A stretch of 32,000 nt of DNA. Origin: Feifaniaceae bacterium (lineage in GTDB: Bacteria > Bacillota > Clostridia > Oscillospirales > Feifaniaceae). A model generated the notes under the pieces. It made no database searches and was not told the DNA's origin. It worked only from the letters and a program-made list of their open reading frames with translations. This document shows, in pieces, positions 6,147 to 14,597 of the stretch. A program made the translations under genes and the position numbers. The stretch spans positions 320,659-352,658 of the forward strand of contig JAZQEF010000018.1 in NCBI GenBank assembly GCA_045538835.1, given 5' to 3'. Positions within the stretch are counted from its first letter, which is position 1, and every line of letters begins with the position of its first letter.

Positions 6147-9100
6147 TTAATTACCGAAATACCTGATGTAGTCGTAGTCATCTTTTACGGTGGGGTATTC
6201 TGTGCCAAGTAAGAATAAGTATTCCTTGTGGCTATCACAAACAGAATAGAGATACCGTTCAATCTTTTTTCTTCTGCTACCGTTAATTGCTTTTCCGTTT
6301 TTGTAGTCGGGTTTGATACCACTCATATCTACGACTGCCGTCATAAACAATTCAGCATCAATGCCGTATTTTTCTGCTTCAACTGCTGCCTCGCTGTCAT
6401 ACATTGACAAATACATTTTCCAAGTCTCAGAATTATTTTGAGCCATATCAAGTATTATATCTACTACTTCCGACTTAGAAATCTTTCCGTCATTGTCTTC
6501 TTTAGCACCACTAACTTGAGCCCTAAATGAAATATAATTTTCAGCATCCTTACCGAAATCATCGGCTTTTTTTACCCAACTATCAGGTTTGTAATTGCTG
6601 ATGGCTTTCTTTGCTTTTTGGTTCGCATAGTCATACGCTTCATTAACGGCTTTTACTTTCTCTTCGTCAGAGAGTTTTTTATACGTTTTACTCTTCACCA
6701 ATTCAGATACTAATTTATAAGATTTTTCGCCCTTCAGTGTCGCATATCTCACATACTCATCTGCCGTCAGGTCTTTACGTACTCCATCAACCGTGAAATA
6801 CTTGCCTGCTCTTGAAGGAAACACCCCGCTTTCTCCTGTTTTGTTATAGAGACACAAGAGTTCTTCTTCCATTTTACTTGTTTCAATGTTAGATGTATAA
6901 GCAGGATTAAGGAAGTTGTTAAATCCTCTCTTAAGAGCATTACCCGATGCTTCTTTTCTTCCCCAAGCATCAATGTACGGAATTTGCTGATAATCCCAAA
7001 ACGGAATTTTCGCACTCATCTTACCGAGAGTATATTGCATATCTCCTGTTAAGAAATCGTTTTTTTCGGTGTAGGTTGTCATTCTGTGTGATTCACCTGT
7101 ACGCTCCGCTTGCCCAAAAAGCGTCGGCAAACCTTGTGTAAAGTAACTTGTTACTGCACTTGATAAGACTGCGACTAATCCAGATGTGTCATTGGATGAA
7201 GCGTAGCCTATACCCTCAACTATATCATTCACACCTTGCAAGCAAGACATTTCGAGCATAGGTTCGCTTATACGGGTTATTGATTGAAGAATACTTGAAA
7301 GGGTTACTTTTCCTTTAGAGCCTTTTTTTGACTCCCAAAGGTTAACCCCCACAAAGAAAGGTAATGCTTCGGGAGCAAGCCAGTCTAATGTAATTGATTG
7401 ACCGTTGGGCAGTTCAAGCGAATAAGCCTGGTGCCCCATTAACTCCTTAAACTCCTTTTCCTCATCATCTTCACCATGTCCTCTTACAAGTCCTTGTGCC
7501 GCATAATATACCCCAAGAGCCAAAAGTCCCGTGCCTGTTAATCCGGCAGAAATGTTGTCAATGGCTTCGGTTGCTGTCATTTTACCCTTGCCCACTTGAA
7601 CAAGGTCATAACTCAAACTTTTCAGAAGTCCCAAAGGACTGTATTCAACACCTCTTACTAGGATGTTTGCAGGTGTTTTACGGAATGGCAAAATTCCTTC
7701 AATCGCCATGCTTCCAACTTTTGTCCAAGGATTTTTCTTGTTTCCGCTTCTTCCCAACTCACTTACAAATTGAGAGAATGCATTTGTATCTCTGTATGTT
7801 GCCTTTTGAGCTTCCTTGATTGCATATTCTCTTGCAGGGGCAATTGCCTTGCCTCTGCTAATCTGTTCAGGCGTTATATTGTGAGCCTTACAATACTGTG
7901 CTAATGCATAAGCATAGTGAGGTTTCGAGAACCACATATCCTCCTCTTCAAGAAGATCACTGTTTTTCTTTCTTGACCACTCAAAAGGTCTAAATTTAAA
8001 TATTTGTCTGCCCTCTTCTATATGCCGATTTGCCATTGCGAAATCGTTATATTTACCGTCGTTTGATATAAGCTCGGCAACGTTGGCATAGTCATTCCAC
8101 GCTGCCTTTAACAAAGCCCTGTCGGTCTTGCTACCCCAAACCAAAGCCTTTCCTCGCAGCATTTTTTTACCGCCCAGATGATAAACAGCAGACTCTATTG
8201 CCGTAGCAGTCAAATTCTTTGTAGCGACAATAGGAGCAAAGCCGGCATTACCGAAAACGTTTCTGACGTGTGTACGAAGATTACCAAGCATCGCAAGGTA
8301 TCTCCAAGCATTCCACTTGTCAACGAAGCGAGATGGCATTTGTCTACCGATATCTTTGTAGATTTCCTTTTCAATCTCCGCTCGTTCTTCTTCAGTTTGG
8401 GCTTTAAGGAATTGTTCCGCAAGGTCAGTATCAATCTTAATGTCAGGTGCTTTTTTACCGTACCTTTCGGTCAATTCCTTTTTGAATGCTTCTACACTTT
8501 TCTGCACTCCGTATAACTGCGTTTCAGGCGAAAGTTTTTTCAATATCCTTGTGGCCTGTAATGCTTGTGCGGCACTGCGCTGATGTCTTACCATTGCGTC
8601 AAGAATCATAATTGCGTTTTTTGTATCTTTGCTATTTGCGGCGTGATTGTACAATATCCATCCCTTTGTAGTAAGTTCTTTCGATACCTCGCCTTTTTCT
8701 ACAGCACGAAACCAATCATCAAGGCTTTCATCCCAGCCGTGCTCTTTAATACGAGAATCTGCATCTGCTATTGCCTGTTTATCCGTATAAACGTCATAAG
8801 AGAAAATACCGTCCTCGACCATCTTCTCAATAGTGGGTACCGCTTCATCGGGCGTTGCCTTTGCTTCAAGAATAGTGCGGACTGTCTGTGATACTTTTTT
8901 GTCTTTTGATGTTTTTCGGGGTACTTGTATGTCTCTGTGTGGCTTTTCACCGCTTGGAATAGCACCGTACTTCTCAACAAGCTCCGAAAGTCTTGTCCCT
9001 GCAATGCTTTTTTTACCCTCTTGTGCATTTTCTGCGGTATTTTGCATAGAATTAGTATTGACACTGGGATTATTTTGTGATATAGTGGTGTCAACAGATG

Positions 9101-12100
9101 AGGTTGTTCCTCCGTGTAAACTGTTATCAGTTTTAGACACGGTCTTGTTAGGGACAACCTCATCATTTTTTATTGAAATAAAATTCCCCTCGTTGTCTAC
9201 AATTTCATGCAGATAATATTCGCTTGTGTTTTTATTTTGGGTAACCACCACGCCTACAAATGCGTCTTCGTTGCCTATTTTTACTTTTCCTGCAAACACA
9301 TATGAGTCGTATGGTCTGCCCTTCCATTTTTCCTGATAATCAATTTGTTTTCCGTATTTGATTATATCTGGAACGGCTCGAAACGCAATACATTTGGCTC
9401 TTCCCATTTTATGTCCTATAGCACTTTTTATTCCGTCCTTATTGAGAATTACTTCGCCAAAATCAGCCCTATATACTTTATTCCCGAGCGAGTTAAAAAA
9501 AGTTCCTACTTGTTCAACTATATTCATGTTTCTGTCATTGAAAATATCCGTATTGAGAGATAATATGACGTCTTCCTTTGATAATTGTTCAAGATTACTT
9601 TGTATTTTTTTTATTAGGCTATTTTTTTGGAAACCTTTTTTTCTTCTTTGCTCGTCCGTTTCCTCGCTCCGCGTTTCGCCTTCCGCATTTCGCATTTGAG
9701 AAGTTCGCTTCTCATTGTAGTCTCCAACTTTACCCTCTTGTGCATTTTCTGCGGTATTTTGCATAGAATTAGTATTGACAGTGAGAATATCATTTGATAT
9801 GCTATTGTCAGTAGGAACTGTTGGTGACATCTCGTCACTAACCACAGCAAGTAAAGTCTGTGGGGCAGTTCCTTTAGAGGACAACTCGTCTATGTTAACG
9901 TCGGAGGTCTTTTGGACTGTATGGCTGATTCGAGTTGTCCTCTTATTTTTTTCTATAAATTCAAATGAATATTGATACTGTTCTTTTCCCTTATCTCTAA
10001 TATCAAAAACAACATCGTAAATTGAACCGTCTATCTCAACGGTATTTTCGAAATAATACCAATACTTTACATTTTTATGTGCTAAGTTCTTAGGCTTTAC
10101 ATTTACATCTGCATAACTTGGCTCAGTTCCCTTTCCGGTAAAGGTAGCATCACTGAGAATTTGTGCAATGTCATAAAGAGAATTAATTTTTGCATTCAAC
10201 TCTTCAGGCGAACTGTCACCTCCATATAGATTTTTTTGAACAGTAAATCTATCCCCTAAAATCTGTATCTTTTTTACATCAGTTTTTAGTTTTACGGCAC
10301 CTAGGTTAAATATTGTTGCAATTCTCTGCTTGAAAAGTTCTTGTTTTGTTTCAAAGTTCATTCCTTCCGGAAAATCTGTCACATATTTTTTTATTCCATT
10401 TTTTGTTTTTCCTACATACTTAAGCTTCTCACCGTTAAATTCTCCAACCTTGCCCTCTTTTACATTCTTTGCCGCAGCAGTGTAGGCTCTCAGCCACAGT
10501 TGCTGTGCTTTTTTCTTTTCGCTGAGAAGTCCCATACTTTCGAGCACATTGTACCACCAGTCACGCACACGGAGGGCAAGGCTCTTGTCCTCTCTGATAA
10601 AGCTTTCAAGCATTTCCTCACTGTCGAACAATTCGCCTGCATAATTTACCGCAATTTCCTCATTAATGTAAGCTGTATCGTCTTTTCCATAAGCGTTTTT
10701 CGTTTCCTCATAAAGAACATCATACGCCGTCCGTCCGTTGCCAAAGCTTTCCTTTTTCAGTTTGTTTATAACATATTCCTGATACGCCGCCCATACCTCT
10801 GGCGCCGCCTGTTTCATTCTGTGCCCAAATTCGTGTGTTGCAACAAAACGTGACGGATTTTTCGCATCGGCGTTTATAAATATGCCTTTGCTTGTTATAA
10901 GTCCTTCAAGAACTTTGCCGTTCTCGTCCGTAAGATCCTTAACAAAACGCACAGTCATTCCCAAACGTTTCGCCATTCGTACAATATTGCTATATGCTCT
11001 CGGATTTTCTCTTTTCAACCTCTTTGAATATTCATCAACAACAATATTATTTACAATTTCACTTCCTTCGGGAATATCATACCGCTCCGCTTCGTGTTCA
11101 GTTGACGATTGCTGTTCATTTTTTTTGTTTTCTCCGTCCAAAACTCCAGTGTGAACATCGTTTACACTCTCATTTTTGCTTGAGTTGCTTGCATCAGATT
11201 TTATTTCTGTAAACAATGCTTCAATCTGCGGTTTAATATTATCAACATCAGAGAATCGCTCAATGTATTCGAGCATATCCTCATTATGTTCATTGTTGAC
11301 AGCCTCTACAATCCCAATATACCAAGCGTAAAATTCTTCTGTGATTTCTTTTGAAAAAGAATCAATGTTAACATTGCGAACCTCGTATGAATAAAGTTCC
11401 CTGATAACAGAAACAAACTTTTCAAATGCTTCGCTCTCAACATCTACACCACTTGAAATAATATCAATCAACTTATAGTGTTGCATTGTTAACTTCGTAC
11501 TTATGCCACGTCTTAATGCATGAAATGCTTCGTGATAGGCTGTTTCTAAACCGTCAATATCCAAATCTGACGATATAAAAATTGTTAGAGTATCGCCTAT
11601 ACCGGCAGTCACGCCTTCCGTTGAGATTTCCGAAACGTCCTTATGGTTGGTATGTAGTTCTCCTTCAAACACAACAACAGTTAAGCCTAAACTTTCAATA
11701 TTTTCGGCGGCTGTTTTTGCCTCTTTACTCCACTTGCTTTTCGGAGCATATTTGTATCCAACAGAGAGTTTTCCTAAGCTTGCATACATGTATCCGTCGT
11801 TAAGTACACGCTCTTCAAACGCTTCTGCTGTTTCTGTTTGTTCTACTCTTGCCGTTCCTCTTCCTCTTCCATTGACGCCAGTATCGCTTCTCTCGACATA
11901 CGATTTGCGTAATATTTCCTTAATTTTTCTCGCAACCTGTTCTCTATTGCTGCCTTTTCTTCTGGCGACTTCTTCGCCCATTCCTCTTCGGCTTTCAGCA
12001 TTGCCGGTGTCGGAAATTGTTTCTTCTCTGACATTAGTGTTTTCCTCCTTAACTTTGTTATCTTCGGGCAATTTGTTATTTGCCGCAACTGTTTCCTCTG

Positions 12101-14495
12101 CATTGTTTGGGATGTATACCTCATTAATTGCCATAACTACGCCTGCTACGTTGCCGTCTGAATCAGTAACTTTTATTGCATAAGGTTTTCCTTTTACAAA
12201 TGCAGCGGAAAAATCATATCCCTCAAAGTATTGGGCATAATTTTTCTTAATAGCTATCTGTCTTCCGTCATCAGTAGTAAACACATAAACCCCGTTTATG
12301 CCCGGCAAATCCACCTCAACAGGATTTGTGCTTATCGGCACATACTCGTTATTGTTCGCTATTTCTTCAATAGTTTTTGCAATATTGCTGTTGTCCTCTA
12401 ATCCCCACTCTGATTTAGCGTATTCCACATCTGATTCCGCAATAGGAATTGCAATACTACCATCAGAAATATATGCCCTGCCGTCTATTGTTCCAACTAC
12501 TTTATGAAGTGATTCCTTGTCCAACACATTTCTTGTCTTATCGGTCATTTTGCCACTTACATTATATGTCTGATTTTGCTTACCGTCAATGTTTGTAACT
12601 TTCGACCTTTCATTCGGCATATTCTTGATATGCTCTAATCTCCCTGCATTATAGGCTTCTTCCTGTTCGGGAGTTACGAGATTAACCTTTTCTCTCGGAA
12701 CGTTCTGTCTACCTGCTTCAAATGCCGCCTCTGTTGCTTTCGCTTCTATGCTTTCAATTCCATTGGATAGTCCTAATCCACCCCCCAAATTGACATTTCC
12801 TGCTTCTTCCGTTATACTATTATTGAAAGCAGACGATGAGACAAGGGGCGTTTCGGACGTATGCTGAAGGCTGATATCAGCATTCGGCACTTGGCTACCA
12901 ACGTCTGCTTTTTCTATTCTTGCAGACGTTATCCATAGTGTTTTTCGTTTACTATCGGGCACTACCTGACTTACAACATAAGTTCCGTCTATTCGCTTTT
13001 TCATAATGAATACCGGAGCTGTTTTATTATGCCTGTCATTGTATTGTCTATCAAATACTCTGTTTCCCTGATTATCAACAGCCCATTCGATAGTATCGTA
13101 ATTATTTATTATATACCCTATTCTCGCTATATCTTTCGGGTCACTTAAAGATTGGTCATGTTGCCCGCTTATACCGTGTCTGTTTTCAATATGTATCAGA
13201 CGATCACGTTCGATTCTACAAGTATAATCACTTATATCGAATCCGACAAAATCACTGATTTTCTCTGCTGTGCTTTCACCAAGTTGTGCTACCTCTATAA
13301 CGTTGGGAACATTGTCTATATCGCCTTTTCTTATACTTGTAACAGCATCTTCAATTTCAGAATTAACCGAACCAAGAAAATCCTTCCCTACCTTTTCTTC
13401 ATCATATAGGTGTACATACTCATTTTCAGTATTCTGCGTAGCATTTCTCGCATTGACAACATCTATTGCCGCCTTTTCAAGTGTGTCTTGTTCTGTTATT
13501 TCTGAGGATATAGGCTGTTCTGTTTCCGTTTCGTTTACAAGCGGTTGTTCTGTCTTTGTTCCAATTCCTTCCTGTTCAGTGCCTAAAGAAGAAATGTCCC
13601 CCCTTTTTCCTTTGTTTCTGTTATTGATGACAGCCCTTGTTGTATTAATAGTTGTTGCAGGAACATTCATTGCACCAAATCCTATTAGCGATGTTGTTGT
13701 AGTTTCTCCTAAACGGTCTCTAATCTCATCGCCTGTATACAACCATTCACCTTTATCTATCCCATACGCAAGCATTTCGCCACCGATTGTAGCTACTTCC
13801 TGCAATACTTCTTCCGTTGTTTCAGCCGCTGTACTTTTTGTTCTCTTTAGAATTTCAGCTCCGATGATTTTCAGAATATCATCGGATGCACCATTTGTTA
13901 CACCATAAATATATGCGTCCATCAATTCGTCTAACTGCGAAGCTTCAAGAAGGCCGACAATTGTGCCAACTCCGTGGGAAACATTTCTCGCTACTTCATC
14001 TGAAACACCAAGTTCTTTTAGCGTTTCATATGTATGACCCGCACTCACCTCATATGTATTCAACGAGGCGCCTGCCGCATAAGCAGCACCTGCCGCTGCT
14101 GGAACAGTAAGAGCCTCTTCAGGCATAAGTACCTGTGGCCCCGCTTGTCCCGCCGCCGCCGCCATTCCTGCCGCCGCCGTAACCATACCTGCTGTTCTTA
14201 AATCTGTTGCATTGTACCATTGCTGTCCTATAAATTCGCCTATAAACTGCAATAGTTGTTTAGCTTTATTGTCAGTATATGTGTTGTAATCTGAAGATAA
14301 CAGTTCTTTGTAATATTCAGCCGAATTTTCTCTGCCTTCCATTGCCTCAAAGGACTCCTTGCCCGACTTCATATTATAATATCCTCTTTTTACAGCTCCT
14401 ATGGTTGAATCATACCAATTAGCTTCTCTTGAACCACTCTTAAGTCTCTCGAACTGTTTCGTTAGTTCCTCAACTTCTTTTTCTGCGACTTCCAT
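6147..14495 (-). CDS. Giant multidomain 'polyvalent'-type protein of a mobile element (2,782 aa from first ATG; probably 5'-truncated)
   Basis: A single 8,349-nt open frame. Recognisable pieces are a PBECR-like nuclease motif (RLIHIENRHG ... LWITSARIEK), HEAFH and HEFGH zincin motifs, tandem modules joined by identical linkers, and a Gly/Ala-rich hydrophobic N-terminal stretch. The frame stays open 52 codons upstream of the ATG with no alternative start, and GAGGA lies only 1 nt from the ATG. Confidence 0.7.
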   Translation of the reverse strand: MEVAEKEVEELTKQFERLKSGSREANWYDSTIGAVKRGYYNMKSGKESFEAMEGRENSAEYYKELLSSDYNTYTDNKAKQLLQFIGEFIGQQWYNATDLRTAGMVTAAAGMAAAAGQAGPQVLMPEEALTVPAAAGAAYAAGASLNTYEVSAGHTYETLKELGVSDEVARNVSHGVGTIVGLLEASQLDELMDAYIYGVTNGASDDILKIIGAEILKRTKSTAAETTEEVLQEVATIGGEMLAYGIDKGEWLYTGDEIRDRLGETTTTSLIGFGAMNVPATTINTTRAVINNRNKGKRGDISSLGTEQEGIGTKTEQPLVNETETEQPISSEITEQDTLEKAAIDVVNARNATQNTENEYVHLYDEEKVGKDFLGSVNSEIEDAVTSIRKGDIDNVPNVIEVAQLGESTAEKISDFVGFDISDYTCRIERDRLIHIENRHGISGQHDQSLSDPKDIARIGYIINNYDTIEWAVDNQGNRVFDRQYNDRHNKTAPVFIMKKRIDGTYVVSQVVPDSKRKTLWITSARIEKADVGSQVPNADISLQHTSETPLVSSSAFNNSITEEAGNVNLGGGLGLSNGIESIEAKATEAAFEAGRQNVPREKVNLVTPEQEEAYNAGRLEHIKNMPNERSKVTNIDGKQNQTYNVSGKMTDKTRNVLDKESLHKVVGTIDGRAYISDGSIAIPIAESDVEYAKSEWGLEDNSNIAKTIEEIANNNEYVPISTNPVEVDLPGINGVYVFTTDDGRQIAIKKNYAQYFEGYDFSAAFVKGKPYAIKVTDSDGNVAGVVMAINEVYIPNNAEETVAANNKLPEDNKVKEENTNVREETISDTGNAESRRGMGEEVARRKGSNREQVARKIKEILRKSYVERSDTGVNGRGRGTARVEQTETAEAFEERVLNDGYMYASLGKLSVGYKYAPKSKWSKEAKTAAENIESLGLTVVVFEGELHTNHKDVSEISTEGVTAGIGDTLTIFISSDLDIDGLETAYHEAFHALRRGISTKLTMQHYKLIDIISSGVDVESEAFEKFVSVIRELYSYEVRNVNIDSFSKEITEEFYAWYIGIVEAVNNEHNEDMLEYIERFSDVDNIKPQIEALFTEIKSDASNSSKNESVNDVHTGVLDGENKKNEQQSSTEHEAERYDIPEGSEIVNNIVVDEYSKRLKRENPRAYSNIVRMAKRLGMTVRFVKDLTDENGKVLEGLITSKGIFINADAKNPSRFVATHEFGHRMKQAAPEVWAAYQEYVINKLKKESFGNGRTAYDVLYEETKNAYGKDDTAYINEEIAVNYAGELFDSEEMLESFIREDKSLALRVRDWWYNVLESMGLLSEKKKAQQLWLRAYTAAAKNVKEGKVGEFNGEKLKYVGKTKNGIKKYVTDFPEGMNFETKQELFKQRIATIFNLGAVKLKTDVKKIQILGDRFTVQKNLYGGDSSPEELNAKINSLYDIAQILSDATFTGKGTEPSYADVNVKPKNLAHKNVKYWYYFENTVEIDGSIYDVVFDIRDKGKEQYQYSFEFIEKNKRTTRISHTVQKTSDVNIDELSSKGTAPQTLLAVVSDEMSPTVPTDNSISNDILTVNTNSMQNTAENAQEGKVGDYNEKRTSQMRNAEGETRSEETDEQRRKKGFQKNSLIKKIQSNLEQLSKEDVILSLNTDIFNDRNMNIVEQVGTFFNSLGNKVYRADFGEVILNKDGIKSAIGHKMGRAKCIAFRAVPDIIKYGKQIDYQEKWKGRPYDSYVFAGKVKIGNEDAFVGVVVTQNKNTSEYYLHEIVDNEGNFISIKNDEVVPNKTVSKTDNSLHGGTTSSVDTTISQNNPSVNTNSMQNTAENAQEGKKSIAGTRLSELVEKYGAIPSGEKPHRDIQVPRKTSKDKKVSQTVRTILEAKATPDEAVPTIEKMVEDGIFSYDVYTDKQAIADADSRIKEHGWDESLDDWFRAVEKGEVSKELTTKGWILYNHAANSKDTKNAIMILDAMVRHQRSAAQALQATRILKKLSPETQLYGVQKSVEAFKKELTERYGKKAPDIKIDTDLAEQFLKAQTEEERAEIEKEIYKDIGRQMPSRFVDKWNAWRYLAMLGNLRTHVRNVFGNAGFAPIVATKNLTATAIESAVYHLGGKKMLRGKALVWGSKTDRALLKAAWNDYANVAELISNDGKYNDFAMANRHIEEGRQIFKFRPFEWSRKKNSDLLEEEDMWFSKPHYAYALAQYCKAHNITPEQISRGKAIAPAREYAIKEAQKATYRDTNAFSQFVSELGRSGNKKNPWTKVGSMAIEGILPFRKTPANILVRGVEYSPLGLLKSLSYDLVQVGKGKMTATEAIDNISAGLTGTGLLALGVYYAAQGLVRGHGEDDEEKEFKELMGHQAYSLELPNGQSITLDWLAPEALPFFVGVNLWESKKGSKGKVTLSSILQSITRISEPMLEMSCLQGVNDIVEGIGYASSNDTSGLVAVLSSAVTSYFTQGLPTLFGQAERTGESHRMTTYTEKNDFLTGDMQYTLGKMSAKIPFWDYQQIPYIDAWGRKEASGNALKRGFNNFLNPAYTSNIETSKMEEELLCLYNKTGESGVFPSRAGKYFTVDGVRKDLTADEYVRYATLKGEKSYKLVSELVKSKTYKKLSDEEKVKAVNEAYDYANQKAKKAISNYKPDSWVKKADDFGKDAENYISFRAQVSGAKEDNDGKISKSEVVDIILDMAQNNSETWKMYLSMYDSEAAVEAEKYGIDAELFMTAVVDMSGIKPDYKNGKAINGSRRKKIERYLYSVCDSHKEYLFLLGTEYPTVKDDYDYIRYFGN
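9013..9063 (-). repeat. 51-bp perfect direct repeat, copy 2 (aa ~1811-1828)
   Basis: Identical 51-mer. The offset from copy 1 is 717 bp, which equals 239 codons, so the two copies are in frame. Confidence 0.9.
9730..9780 (-). repeat. 51-bp perfect direct repeat, copy 1 (linker ..VNTNSMQNTAENAQEGK.., aa ~1572-1589)
   Basis: ttaccctcttgtgcattttctgcggtattttgcatagaattagtattgaca is identical to 9013-9063. Confidence 0.9.
10821..10835 (-). other. HExxH motif 2 (HEFGH, aa 1221-1225)
   Basis: cac gaa ttt ggg cac read on the minus strand, in frame. Context is RFVATHEFGHRMKQAAPEVW. Confidence 0.6.
11520..11534 (-). other. HExxH motif 1 (HEAFH, aa 988-992)
   Basis: cac gaa gca ttt cat read on the minus strand, in frame with the giant ORF. 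Context is LETAYHEAFHALRRG. Confidence 0.6.
12891..13313 (-). other. PBECR-like (phage Barnase/EndoU/colicin-E5/D/RelE-like) nuclease module within the giant ORF (aa ~395-535)
   Basis: ..ISDYTCRIERDRLIHIENRHGISGQHDQSLSDPKDIARIGYIINNYDTIEW...APVFIMKKRIDGTYVVSQVVPDSKRKTLWITSARIEK. The pattern h-x-H-I-x-x-R-H-G, then a short helix, then beta strands ending h-T-(S/A)-h is what I recall for PBECR modules. Recognition is from memory only. Confidence 0.55.
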
Positions 14496-14597
14496 TTCCT
14501 CAGTAACGATAATGTCCGCATGTGCTCCTATAGGAACATGCGGTGTTTCTCTCGCCAGACGTTCACTTTCTTCCGCAAATCGTTTTTCATAATACTC

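Noticed and set aside
6468-6503. EF-hand/dockerin-like calcium loop KEDNDGKISKSE near the giant protein C-terminus
   Set aside because: Positions 3, 5, 6, 8 and 12 fit, but position 1 is Lys instead of Asp. There is only a single loop and no paired EF-hand, so this is too weak to call.
9013-9780. CRISPR-like array
   Set aside because: There are only two copies of a 51-bp repeat, both inside a coding frame and separated by 666 bp. No array and no cas genes occur anywhere in the window.
10341-13908. Long plus-strand ORFs inside the giant gene (e.g. 13270-13908 at 212 aa, 11647-12183 at 178 aa, 10341-10853 at 170 aa)
   Set aside because: They are antisense shadows of the 8.3-kb minus-strand frame. 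Their translations are low-complexity and rich in Ser, Leu, Phe and Cys. They have no RBS and no recognisable motifs.
14543-14597. GTG 'start' and first ~18 codons of the recombinase ORF in the track
   Set aside because: This stretch (MFLSPDVHFLPQIVFHNT) is the antisense of giant-ORF-type coding sequence. It has no recombinase similarity, and real homology begins about 14600. It is not a genuine start.
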